Source of the DNA: a virus
Lineage: Duplodnaviria > Heunggongvirae > Uroviricota > Caudoviricetes
DNA length: 64,000 nucleotides
Virus record (IMG/VR): IMGVR_UViG_3300021387_000463
Coordinates: 171,001 to 235,000 of that record
Direction: 5' to 3' (one strand)
Shown here: positions 48,461 to 57,787 of the stretch, one piece after another
Numbering within the stretch: position 1 is the stretch's first letter
How the letters are laid out: the number at the start of each line of letters is the position of its first letter
Position numbers and translations under genes: made by a program
Notes under the pieces: model-generated
Seen by the model: the letters and a program-made list of their open reading frames with translations, nothing else
Told to the model about the DNA's origin: nothing
The model's database searches: none

Positions 48461-48655
48461 CGGCTTCCGATTTGGGGCAAAGGTGGTAAGCGATTTGCGC
48501 TGTGTATAGGTCAGGAGATAGTCCGCACCTCCACCACCCCACTGCCGTTTCTTAGGTAGGGATAAAACAAACTATAGTGAATGGGAATGTGCTACGTGCC
48601 GCTTCGTGCTTGCACCTACAAGCCAACCCAATATTGGGGAAACCCTACCTAATTT
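48460..48655 (+). ncRNA. Structured 3' trailer, two closed stem domains
   Basis: acggc/gccgt, tgggg/cccca, ggtgg/ccacc; ttaggtaggg/ccctacctaa. Confidence 0.5.
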
Positions 48656-48729
48656 TCTCAAAGGTTAAACGAAGTTAAAACACCGAAAAAATTTGGTCAG
48701 TTCAAAAAAATTTCGTACCTTTGCATCAG

Positions 48730-49502
48730 AATTAGTAACGAGGGTTGCGATACCCTCACCTAAAAAGAAAGAAATAATGGAAAGACCTCCGCCCAGTTAA
48801 AGGGCTATAGTTATGTCGTTAATGTAAAGGTTAGAATAATAAGGTTGAGGGAGTGACCTTGAAAAACCCTACAAAGAAGTTATGATTAGAGACCGACCCT
48901 AAGTAAAGAATATATTTACCGCCTCTACCCATGTCAATGTGCATGGCTTGGCAAGGTCATTCGACCAAAAACGAAAACTTTAAGCCCCCTAAACGCTTAT
49001 GTTCCGCCCCCAATCCGCACCAATATGATAGAGTGCCGATGTCATTGGGCGAGTTTATCTGCCGATTATACGCTGCCAAACTGCCAAAAGGCTGCGATTC
49101 ACGGCTGTCCGTTAGAAGCGTTAGGGACTTGTTAGAACGATGGAAGTTAAGCCAGTATAAGCCACTGCCCCCCAAAACGTGCGCACATATCTGAGGGGCG
49201 TGCCAAAAGGTTATAAATCGTTCATTTTATTAACATGATGGGGCATTTGGGACGCGACAACTAAGTGATTATAAGCCGAGCGTTGTTCACGCCACCGTCG
49301 CCCTCAAAAGATAAGTTGTGTAATCAACCCTACTCACAGCGACTATGACGTTAATCGTTTGCGGTGTTGCCATAGTATGCTACTAAAGGTGTGAGAAACA
49401 AGTGAGGTGGATTCGATGCGCCCTAAGTGGGGATGCCGAACTGCGCTGCATTAAGTTGCACTCGCCTTTGCCATCATGGACTTTGGACGTGTCCCACCTC
49501 AC
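48730..49502 (+). ncRNA. Candidate large structured ncRNA (~770 nt)
   Basis: Own promoter (48716), no credible long ORF, raised GC, many stems including 49402-49410/49494-49502; ends at a tRNA-like element. Confidence 0.65.
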
Positions 49503-49510
49503 ATTTTTAA

Positions 49511-49582
49511 GCCTCAGCTAGCTCAGTTGGTAGAGCACTACGTTTGACGTAGGGGTCGTTGGTTCGAGTCCAACAAGGGGCA
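49511..49582 (+). tRNA. Degenerate tRNA-like element (short anticodon loop, broken acceptor base)
   Basis: Canonical D arm and T arm; anticodon arm CTACG-TTTGA-CGTAG; only 5 acceptor pairs. Confidence 0.7.
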
Positions 49583-49653
49583 CAAAAATGCTCGTTTTGC
49601 GTTGTGGTAACGCTCTTTGTTTTCCATAATTTGAATTGTTAGGTTTTTAGTTA

Positions 49654-49695
49654 GATGGGGTGATGTCGTGAGACATTTCCCCATTTGTATTTTTT
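49654..49695 (+). terminator. Rho-independent terminator, GTGA loop
   Basis: atggggtgatgtc-gtga-gacatttccccat-ttgtatttttt. Confidence 0.75.
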
Positions 49696-49769
49696 AACAT
49701 AAAATTTTTGGTAGATTCGTTATTTTTTCGTATCTTTGCATTGTCAAAACAAATAAAGCATTAAAGATT

Positions 49770-50087
49770 ATGAGTACAATTTTAGGAGTTCAGAGAACAA
49801 AGTTGGATAACTGCGAGGTAGTATCTTGTGGTTTGACAAAGGAGCAGCACGACATTGCAGCGGAAATGGTTAAGGATGACCCATTTTGGCTTATGCGGTA
49901 TGACTTTGAAAAGGTTGATACTGAAATGGCAAACGTATGGATTGCTGACGCATTTAGTGAGGGCAATGAGGAATATGCTCATTTCTTGCAGAAAGCCATT
50001 GCTGATGGTGCAGACCTTTACACTATGACTGATGGTTTTGGAGATTTTAAACAACCACTTGGTGAGGTAGCGATTTATTTTGATTAA
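49770..50087 (+). CDS. Hypothetical acidic protein
   Basis: Own promoter. Confidence 0.8.
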   Translation: MSTILGVQRTKLDNCEVVSCGLTKEQHDIAAEMVKDDPFWLMRYDFEKVDTEMANVWIADAFSEGNEEYAHFLQKAIADGADLYTMTDGFGDFKQPLGEVAIYFD

Positions 50088-50102
50088 AAAGGAGGTAGGA
50101 CT

Positions 50103-50393
50103 ATGGAATACGATGCATACGATTTTTTTGAAGCAGTCAAGCACTACGGAGAACTTGGTCACGATGAAATAATGGAGATAACCAATGATGAAGAAATCAT
50201 TATTGACGGAAAAATAGTAGATAGTATTCTCGATGATGATGGATTGAAGTACTCATACATTGGTGATGATGGGTGTGCATATTCAAGACATCTTGATATA
50301 GACAAGATTAACGAAGAAATTTGTGATAAGATTTATGAGTTTCTTTGTGATAATCGTAACGAGAATCTTGATTTCTTCAACGGATTGGGTTAA
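50103..50393 (+). CDS. Hypothetical acidic protein
   Basis: Strong SD AAAGGAGGT at 50088. Confidence 0.8.
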   Translation: MEYDAYDFFEAVKHYGELGHDEIMEITNDEEIIIDGKIVDSILDDDGLKYSYIGDDGCAYSRHLDIDKINEEICDKIYEFLCDNRNENLDFFNGLG

Positions 50394-50466
50394 AAATGTT
50401 AAAAAGTTTGGTGGTGTGAAAATAATTTTGTATCTTTGCACCATCAAACATTAAATAAGGAGAATT

Positions 50467-51273
50467 ATGGCAGAATTAAACTTAGTTGAGAAAGCAAATA
50501 AAGTTATTACGTTCCGTAAGTATATTCGTGAAGAGTGTCGCAAAAAGGGACTTGAATACCCATCAGATGCGAAGATTTCTGAGTATATCAATAAAAAGTA
50601 TGGCATGAATGTGGACGATTTCATGAAAGACTACACCAAACATGAGGGTATCTTCCGTGACCCATTCGAGGATTTCAAGGCTGAGATTATCAACAAGTTT
50701 GAATGGGGTGACAACAAGCCAACAGATGATGAAATACGTGATTTTCTCGTTAGTAGTGGATATGACATTAATGGTTTTGTACGCCAGCACTCAATCAATA
50801 GTCATGCTCCATTGGAGAAAGAAGTTCTCGTTTCCACTATTAATAACTTAGAGCCATTTCAGCTTGTTCAGTTGTGGAACAAGTTCATTGAGGAAAGCGC
50901 AATGTATGGGGCAGATTCCCACATCTATGACCTCAATGATAGAGAGGACTTGAATATGCTCCGCAGAAACATGACCCCAGCAGATTGGGCAAAGGTGGTA
51001 GTCTTAAGGGGTCGTTATGTTCAGTGGTTTAACCTCAACGATGGTAAGATACAGAAAGTCGATGAAGATGACATCAGAGGTGTAATTATTGCCTATTGGT
51101 ACGACATCTTCCCTCGCTTATTGGCATGGAGTGAGTGCTACGAAAAGATTGGAAAAGGTACAGAGGGAGAAATGTTCTATTTTGACTACATTGTACGTCC
51201 TATCTTCTGTAAGTATCTTGGGTATAACTATGACCCATCAAAGGGAACAATCAAAGAAATCAAAAAGGACTAA
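50467..51273 (+). CDS. Hypothetical protein
   Basis: Own promoter and SD; internal repeat P.D..I..Y/F. Confidence 0.85.
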   Translation: MAELNLVEKANKVITFRKYIREECRKKGLEYPSDAKISEYINKKYGMNVDDFMKDYTKHEGIFRDPFEDFKAEIINKFEWGDNKPTDDEIRDFLVSSGYDINGFVRQHSINSHAPLEKEVLVSTINNLEPFQLVQLWNKFIEESAMYGADSHIYDLNDREDLNMLRRNMTPADWAKVVVLRGRYVQWFNLNDGKIQKVDEDDIRGVIIAYWYDIFPRLLAWSECYEKIGKGTEGEMFYFDYIVRPIFCKYLGYNYDPSKGTIKEIKKD

Positions 51274-51542
51274 GTTATGTTTGGATTATTCATTTTATTC
51301 TGCATAGGTGTTATGATGTGGGACATTGCAAGTGACCCACACTACACCACCAAAATGAAAGAATTGGAAGAGGATTAACTATGTTATATGTCATTCCTAA
51401 TTATCGTAATATGTTTATCCCTACGTTCTATGACCCATTTGGCAGTCCTATATTTACTCCAAAGCATAGAAAACTAAAGGGGTATCAGAAAAAACATCGT
51501 TAAAAATTTGGAATTGTCGATATTTATTTATATCTTTGCAAT

Positions 51543-51830
51543 ATGAGTACAATAGGACAGAATTATAAACAAGCAATAAATAACAACTTTAGGCACTGCA
51601 CAATTAAGCGTGATGCGGAAAGTGTTTTCAATGCTCTTAATATCAGTATTAAGGGTAGTGATAATATGTCCATACTTCCAAAGGTCGAAAAGGTTGAATT
51701 AACCACTATTGATGATTTGCATGACAAGTTATCATTATCATGGGACGATTATAAGACCGAGGGGGTAGTTACATGGAGACCATCCGACAACAAGATTTCA
51801 AAGGAAATGGTTTTTTGTGGTATTGAATAA
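51543..51830 (+). CDS. Hypothetical protein
   Basis: Near-leaderless after promoter 51531. Confidence 0.7.
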   Translation: MSTIGQNYKQAINNNFRHCTIKRDAESVFNALNISIKGSDNMSILPKVEKVELTTIDDLHDKLSLSWDDYKTEGVVTWRPSDNKISKEMVFCGIE

Positions 51831-51878
51831 ATTGTGGTATCGTAATTAAATTTAACAAATTTTTCATTTTTAATTTTT

Positions 51879-51918
51879 CCCTTCTCAAGTCGTGAGATTT
51901 CGGAAGGGCTTTTTTTTT
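51879..51918 (+). terminator. Rho-independent terminator, GTGA loop
   Basis: cccttc..gtc-gtga-gat..gaaggg-c-T run. Confidence 0.7.
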
Positions 51919-51923
51919 TATAT

Positions 51924-52017
51924 GGGCGAGTGTTGCAACTAGGTTAGACAAGTTGGTCTTAAAAACCAATGGGCATAAAAGTAAGTCCTATGGAGGGTTC
52001 GAGTCCCCCCTCGCTCA
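51924..52017 (+). tRNA. tRNA-Leu(TAA)
   Basis: Acceptor GGGCGAG/CTCGCTC, A73, D stem TTG/CAA, anticodon loop CTTAAAA, long variable arm, T loop TTCGAGT; CCA not encoded. Confidence 0.9.
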
Positions 52018-52146
52018 CACTTTAATCTCCTTTACCAAGTGGGAAATGTTAAAGATTGTTATAATCCAGACATTTCTCACTAATTTTTTTGGTAGATTCA
52101 TTATTTTTTCGTATCTTTGCATCACAATTAAAAAGGAGATTATATT

Positions 52147-52392
52147 ATGAGAGTTTATCAAGAGGATATTATCAATGCTATCTATAGTAGAAAGACTTGG
52201 GGTGGCAGTAACGTGGTCGTAAGGACAGAGAACAACGTCACAGAGGTTTTCTTCTATGGCAATAGAATTGCAGTTATTGACCACAACACTAAGAACGCAA
52301 CGTTTGACAACTGCGGTTACAACAATGCAGCAACAACGGCACGTATCAACGCTTGTAAGATGTATTGTGACAATTATGGTTACACCTATTAA
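52147..52392 (+). CDS. Hypothetical protein
   Basis: V.FYGNRIA....GY...TT.ARINA; own promoter and SD. Confidence 0.8.
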   Translation: MRVYQEDIINAIYSRKTWGGSNVVVRTENNVTEVFFYGNRIAVIDHNTKNATFDNCGYNNAATTARINACKMYCDNYGYTY

Positions 52393-52405
52393 ATAGATTC
52401 AAGTT

Positions 52406-52852
52406 ATGGTATTTGAAGATAATAAAGAGTTATACGAGAAACAACAGAATTTACTCGCTGAACTGCGTAAGTTGGTAGGTAGGGGATTTGATTTCTCCGA
52501 AGCCTATATGAAGCAGTGTGACAACGATTGCAACCGCATAGGAGAGCAAGAAATCCGATATGGTAGGATTACCAAGAAGTATGTGTATATCGGTTGTAGA
52601 GCGATTTATACGACCAATGACGAGATTACAGAGTATGGCGCAAGGATTCTTAAGTATTCTGTCTGCACAAGGCAAGGAGAGACAAATAAGATAGCCTTAG
52701 AGGACTTGTTTGTCTGTGACCTCGAAAAGATTCTCCATGACATCGAGTTTGCCCTTTGGTGGGAGAAAGATGTGAGAATGAAGAAACTGCAAACGGAAAT
52801 GGCAGATTGCCAGAAATATGTGACTTTATTTGATAAGTTCTTGAAAAAATAA
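52406..52852 (+). CDS. Hypothetical protein
   Basis: Intact ORF. Confidence 0.75.
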   Translation: MVFEDNKELYEKQQNLLAELRKLVGRGFDFSEAYMKQCDNDCNRIGEQEIRYGRITKKYVYIGCRAIYTTNDEITEYGARILKYSVCTRQGETNKIALEDLFVCDLEKILHDIEFALWWEKDVRMKKLQTEMADCQKYVTLFDKFLKK

Positions 52853-52876
52853 ATAGATTCATTATATTTATAATAT

Positions 52877-52912
52877 ATCCAAGGGAAATTGAGGGATTCC
52901 CTTGGATTTTTT
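52877..52912 (+). terminator. Rho-independent terminator
   Basis: atccaagggaa-attgaggga-ttcccttggat-ttttt. Confidence 0.8.
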
Positions 52913-53056
52913 CAAGGAAGAAAAACCTTTTTAAATTGATTGGGTTTGGCTAATTGGGGAGTTAGCCAAACTTTTTTTTAATTTTTTTCTGTTTTTTCTT
53001 GGTTAATTCAAAATAATTTCGTATCTTTGCATCGTAAACAAACAAAGAATAAGATT

Positions 53057-53452
53057 ATGAGTAATTCAAAAGTAAGAAAGCAGTTAGAAGCACAGAGTAA
53101 GAATGAGAAGTTGTTGGAAGCCTACAAGAAAAAGGCTGACCTCATCCTCAACTATCAGATGTGCAAGGCATATTATAAGGATAGTGCCCTTTCTATCCTC
53201 GCCATCGTTGAGAAAATCCTCAAGGCTAAGTATAATCTACCTTGGCAAGAGAAACTCATCCGTAAGGCTCTAAACGAAGCAAGGGGCAAGACAAATGCAA
53301 CAATCGCTATCCCTCAGTTCAAGTATGAGAAGAAAGTGCATGACATTCTCATTGAGTTTGTAGAGAAGCACTTGGACAAGATGGCAAAGGAATCTGCCAC
53401 AAGGGGAGTGTACCCACTTGTATTTGTCGATTTGGTCGAGAAATATTCATAG
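53057..53452 (+). CDS. Hypothetical basic protein
   Basis: ATG 53057 after promoter 53022. Confidence 0.8.
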   Translation: MSNSKVRKQLEAQSKNEKLLEAYKKKADLILNYQMCKAYYKDSALSILAIVEKILKAKYNLPWQEKLIRKALNEARGKTNATIAIPQFKYEKKVHDILIEFVEKHLDKMAKESATRGVYPLVFVDLVEKYS

Positions 53453-53473
53453 TCGTAATCTTTTTGTTTTGAC

Positions 53474-53517
53474 GTGGTGACTAGGTAATCAATCAAAGCC
53501 TAGCCACCACTTTTTTT
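53474..53517 (+). terminator. Rho-independent terminator
   Basis: gtggtgactagg...cctagccaccac-ttttttt. Confidence 0.8.
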
Positions 53518-53597
53518 GTTAAAAACCCTTAAAAAATTTGGCTATGTGCTGGGAATTTCGTATCTTTGCATTGTAAAACAAATAAAGGAGATTAAAT

Positions 53598-54314
53598 ATG
53601 AAATTATCAGAGATTAAAGCAATTGTTACGAATAACTACTCAAAGCAGTATCGTGTTCATGTGATTAATGGTGGCTCTATCGTTGTGCGCCTTTGGAAAA
53701 CAGATGATGGACGTATCGCCATCATGGGTAATAGAAAAAAACGCTACGGACATGAGTTGTCTTTGTGGGACAAGTATGATGAGTGGACAGATTTACGTCT
53801 CGTTGAGCACAAGGAAATTGACTATTACAAGCGTTTCGTTAAACGTGCTAATGATGCACTGAAAATGCTGAATGAGAGTGGTCTTTGGAAAGACATCAAA
53901 GAGAGTATTGAGCATTTCTTCACGCTTTCAGGGGCAGAACAAAGAGAATTGGTAAATGACATCATAACAGATTCTTATGAGTTGTTTTATCACGAAGTTT
54001 ACAAAGAAAATGGAAAGTATTCTTGGGTGCATGGCTATCAAGTGTTTGAAGCCTTTGTGAGAAAGACGTGTTGGAAATCTATTGCTTGGCACAAATGGGA
54101 ACGCAACCGCATGAGTGAAGAAGTTGCTCAGTGCATCAAGAATGGCACAAGTTTTCACAGACGTTGGGAAAATGGCTACGACAATACGGTTGAAGTGGCA
54201 AATCATGATGGTGAGAAATGTGCATGGTATAGTGAGGAGTATAGAAATTGTGGAAATGGCCACTACTACTTAATGTTTGATGCTACTCATGCAATATATT
54301 ATGAGGACGATTAA
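53598..54314 (+). CDS. Hypothetical protein
   Basis: Own promoter and SD; C-terminal AWYSEEYRNCGNGHYYL. Confidence 0.85.
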   Translation: MKLSEIKAIVTNNYSKQYRVHVINGGSIVVRLWKTDDGRIAIMGNRKKRYGHELSLWDKYDEWTDLRLVEHKEIDYYKRFVKRANDALKMLNESGLWKDIKESIEHFFTLSGAEQRELVNDIITDSYELFYHEVYKENGKYSWVHGYQVFEAFVRKTCWKSIAWHKWERNRMSEEVAQCIKNGTSFHRRWENGYDNTVEVANHDGEKCAWYSEEYRNCGNGHYYLMFDATHAIYYEDD

Positions 54315-54397
54315 AAAAAAGGGGAAAAAAAATCCCCTTTTTTCTTTGTAGATTCAAAATAATTTCGTATCTTTGCATCACAAAACAATTAAAGATT

Positions 54398-54796
54398 ATG
54401 GCAGATTTAAAGAGTTTTATTAAGAAGTGGGATGGTCGTACCTTAGAGGATGATGGTTGCTACGTTTCAAAGGAATTTCATTCATTCCAAGTGGCTTTCT
54501 TTAACGCAATGCGTAAGATTGCAGCATCCCTTGGTGGTGAGGTTGTTAACCCTTGCTATGGTCATTATGATATGTGTGGCTTCGTTAAGAGAGGTGACAA
54601 GTATGTGTTCTTTAACTATTCGAATGGTTGTGGTCGTGGTGGCAGAAGTCACGTTGCATTGAAAAACGATGGAAATTGGCTCACTCCAATGTATTGCAGA
54701 ACAGCCAAGCACGATAAGGATTGGACTGGTGGGAGCAATAACAACTGCTACTTTGAAGATTGTGAGAGCGTTATCGAGAGACTATTAAATTCTTGA
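54398..54796 (+). CDS. Hypothetical protein
   Basis: GHYD..GF and YCRTAKH.KDWTGG.N motifs; own promoter. Confidence 0.85.
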   Translation: MADLKSFIKKWDGRTLEDDGCYVSKEFHSFQVAFFNAMRKIAASLGGEVVNPCYGHYDMCGFVKRGDKYVFFNYSNGCGRGGRSHVALKNDGNWLTPMYCRTAKHDKDWTGGSNNNCYFEDCESVIERLLNS

Positions 54797-54979
54797 TTAT
54801 GGCAACATTACATATATATTGGGATGATGATGTAACCGTTGAGTTGCGTTATTTCCCATCAGAAAAGAGTGCAAAGGAATACGCTAAACGCAATGGTGTT
54901 GTAAACTATAACATTGATTGAATTGTTAAAAATGTTAATTGATTTGGTTGAATGAAAAAGATTTCGTATCTTTACATCG

Positions 54980-55515
54980 CTTAAGAGAAATAAACGTGGG
55001 TCAAAATATCATCAAGGTTCTGCGCAGATTGGTGATGGTGGTGTGCGGTTATGCGGAAACCTAAAACTCCATCTTTCCCACATTTTAAGATATAGGGGGA
55101 GAACATTCAGAGGACTTAGGAAATCGGAGTGCCCCAAAGGAGAAATAACCTCGTCTAAGGGTAAGAGTAGGTCGTTTGACATTCCAATGCGCATTTGGAA
55201 GAAGAGGCTGGCTGTGTAGTCAAGTAAGGAAAGTGCAACTCCGCCACTAATTAGTTTCTCCTTTTAAGATATAAGACAAGATTGAGTTGAAAGATGGGGA
55301 TAGGCATCCATCGCAAAGAGGGAATAAGGTTCGCCTACACAAGAAAACAAACCTCCCATGTCTTGCCTTGTTATAGGGTGATTCCCTTGCAAGAGGTGAT
55401 AGATAAGGTAAACAATGGTGTAAAAACCAGAGTAGTTTCACCCTTCAATTTTTATCATTCAAATCTCCTTTCCGACCTCCAAGTGTTAAAAATTGCACTT
55501 GGGGGTTATTTTTTT
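54980..55515 (+). ncRNA. Candidate structured ncRNA (~530 nt)
   Basis: Own promoter (54967) and terminator (55474-55515); no credible ORF; long-range stems; 12-nt direct repeat. Confidence 0.6.
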
Positions 55516-55581
55516 AATAAAAAATTTGGTAGATTCAAAATAATTTCGTATCTTTGCAACACAATTAAAAAAATAAAGATT

Positions 55582-55815
55582 ATGAAGTATTCATTAACAA
55601 TTGAAAAGAGTAATTCAAAGTATTACACTTACAAGAACAACATTCCAACTTGGGATAAGGTTCGTGAGATATTAAGAAGTGGTCTTGACCAGTGGACTAC
55701 TAAGGTTTATATCTATAAGTGGAGTTCAAACGACAGATGTCTTGGGCATGTGTGTGTCACAATGGGCAATCTGTGGAATGTGTTATCATACGGAACTGAT
55801 AAACTGTTAAAATAG
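55582..55815 (+). CDS. Hypothetical protein
   Basis: ATG 55582 after promoter 55549 (the ORF-track start 55294 is over-extended). Confidence 0.75.
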   Translation: MKYSLTIEKSNSKYYTYKNNIPTWDKVREILRSGLDQWTTKVYIYKWSSNDRCLGHVCVTMGNLWNVLSYGTDKLLK

Positions 55816-55893
55816 TGTTAAAGAATCTGGATTGTTTGGTCAATTCAGATTTTTTTCGTATCTTTGCATCAGAAATTAAAAAGATTATAGATT

Positions 55894-56133
55894 ATGGGAA
55901 TATTTTTCAACAATGACAAAAAGAACTACTGCGGAAGATACAAGGGTATTGATGTATGGCAGTATGGTTGCATGATAGGAAATAATTGGTATGGTGATTT
56001 CTACGTTACCATTCCGAGGGGAACAACAAAGCGGAACATGAAAGTTAAGGATAGTGTTTGCCGTTCTCTCGATGCCGTTAAGGGTTATATTGACAGAAAT
56101 TTAGAAACATTGAAAAAGGAGAGCGCAAAATGA
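55894..56133 (+). CDS. Hypothetical protein
   Basis: Own promoter. Confidence 0.75.
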   Translation: MGIFFNNDKKNYCGRYKGIDVWQYGCMIGNNWYGDFYVTIPRGTTKRNMKVKDSVCRSLDAVKGYIDRNLETLKKESAK

Positions 56134-56789
56134 GTATAAGGAGTGGAAAAGAAACAAAGCGTACCCCAATGGAACTTTATAAGGGGTATCGTGTTATCAA
56201 GGTGACGAAAATTGAATATCATCGTTGCCTTTGGGATAATAGCCGATTCGATAAGAATTGGATTGATAGCAAAGAGGTGCATTTCGATTTCTGCAAAGAG
56301 GGTAACGAGAAACTCCCATCGCAAGATTATAACGTGCAAGCAAAGAACGTTGAGGGTTGCAAAGAAGCAATAGATAAGTTCCTCAATGGGGATATATATT
56401 ATACTCATGCGGAATATCAGAAATATGTTAAATCGCCCAATAATAAGTGTGATAATGCCTATGGCTATGATTCTCTTATGAAGTTAATGCGTGAGCACAA
56501 AAAGGCTGATAAGCGTATGAAATGGTTCCTCGAAGAGAGATTGCACGATGCAAATTTCCATTATGACGCTGGATTTCTTTCTGATGGTGATTATGAGGGA
56601 TTTGAGAAGTATGTTACAGAGGAATACCGATTTCATGAGAAGTTTGAGGTATATACCCATACAATGCGCAAAGCTATCAAAGACCCCAAGGCTTTGGAAG
56701 ATGGATTAAATAAGGTGATAAGTGATTACCTTGCAAGTCAAGGAATAAAAGATACATCTGTGGAAGTGAAATTCTGTGAAGAATGGTAA
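56130..56789 (+). CDS. Hypothetical protein
   Basis: Coupled ORF. Confidence 0.8.
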   Translation: MSIRSGKETKRTPMELYKGYRVIKVTKIEYHRCLWDNSRFDKNWIDSKEVHFDFCKEGNEKLPSQDYNVQAKNVEGCKEAIDKFLNGDIYYTHAEYQKYVKSPNNKCDNAYGYDSLMKLMREHKKADKRMKWFLEERLHDANFHYDAGFLSDGDYEGFEKYVTEEYRFHEKFEVYTHTMRKAIKDPKALEDGLNKVISDYLASQGIKDTSVEVKFCEEW

Positions 56790-56833
56790 CTTTAGCACGT
56801 TTCTGTTAAGTTAAGTATGTGAATGTTTGTTTG

Positions 56834-56870
56834 ATTGGGTGGTGTTGAGAAACATCACCCAATTTAGTTT
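56834..56870 (+). terminator. Rho-independent terminator, GAGA loop
   Basis: attgggtggtgtt-gaga-aacatcacccaat. Confidence 0.8.
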
Positions 56871-56952
56871 TATTAACACTTTTTCCTTGGCCAGTTGAAA
56901 ATAATTTCGTATCTTTGCACTAACAAATAACAATTAAAAGGAGATAAAGATT

Positions 56953-57387
56953 ATGGAAGAAATTAAAGTTTGCCCCTATTGTAAAGAGCATGATGTCGTT
57001 AAAAACGGCAAATCATATCATTGCAATTCTTGTGATAGTGATTTTACTGAAAACGATTTTATTCACGAAATCTTACGTCAGAAGATTTCATGCGTTTGCA
57101 GTGGTGAAGAAGCAACAGAAGAAAATCCTATAGACTGCACGATTGGCGGTGAAATGCTCATGATTGAAGACGAAGCACAAGGTCTTTCTACATTGGAAAT
57201 GTCAAGGGTTGTTGGCTTATTCCAAGACTATGAAGGTATTGTATGGGTTAATATTGAAGCGTGTAATGAGCCAATAGAAGTTGATTCATTAGCAACATCT
57301 GATTTACAGACTATTTTTAATTGGCTTGAAGAAAACTATGGTAATGTAGTGGCAACTGACTATTTTTGGGCATATTATAAAAAATAA
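56953..57387 (+). CDS. Hypothetical protein with N-terminal zinc ribbon
   Basis: CPYC...CNSC; own promoter and SD. Confidence 0.8.
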   Translation: MEEIKVCPYCKEHDVVKNGKSYHCNSCDSDFTENDFIHEILRQKISCVCSGEEATEENPIDCTIGGEMLMIEDEAQGLSTLEMSRVVGLFQDYEGIVWVNIEACNEPIEVDSLATSDLQTIFNWLEENYGNVVATDYFWAYYKK

Positions 57388-57391
57388 AATT

Positions 57392-57787
57392 ATGATGTTC
57401 AACAATAAATTTAACAAAGACAACACGATTCACTTTGATGTGGAAGAGTGGGTTTGCACAGATACAGACGAATGCCAGTTCTGCCGTAAGATTAGCGACA
57501 CAGAGTTTGAGTACATTCAGTTAAAGAATGAGGATTTGAAGAAATTCATTGAGACATTCCAGTTGGGCAACAAGCATTTGCTTTCAGTGCTGAATGACCG
57601 CACCACCATTGCTGATTGGTATCAGAGTGAGACAGATGTGAATGATTACGATGCAGATGCAATCGGTGAGTATCTTTCCCCTTATGGTGGTATTCTCGAT
57701 GGTGTGACTGACGAAGCCGAGCGCAATCAGTTAATTGCAGAGTGTATTTTTGAAACTGATGATGTAGCAAACGATTGGTATGAGTAA
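57392..57787 (+). CDS. Hypothetical acidic protein
   Basis: WVCTD.D..QFCR, NQLIAECIFE. Confidence 0.8.
   Translation: MMFNNKFNKDNTIHFDVEEWVCTDTDECQFCRKISDTEFEYIQLKNEDLKKFIETFQLGNKHLLSVLNDRTTIADWYQSETDVNDYDADAIGEYLSPYGGILDGVTDEAERNQLIAECIFETDDVANDWYE

Noticed and set aside
48931-49194. 87-aa ORF inside the large RNA (and its antisense twin 48957-49175)
   Set aside because: No A-rich initiation context, composition unlike the other genes, and it lies across paired regions; not fully excluded without Ribo-seq
48730-55515. Group I/II intron, tmRNA or RNase P identity for the ncRNAs
   Set aside because: AAGATATA and GACTAT resemble group I S and R elements, but no matching P7 (GACUA/UAGUC) or flanking exon was found. 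There is no group II domain V, no G3:U70 tmRNA acceptor and no RNase P P4 signature. By-eye check only
55294-55581. N-terminal extension of the 55294-55815 ORF
   Set aside because: It runs through a terminator and a promoter; the real start is ATG 55582
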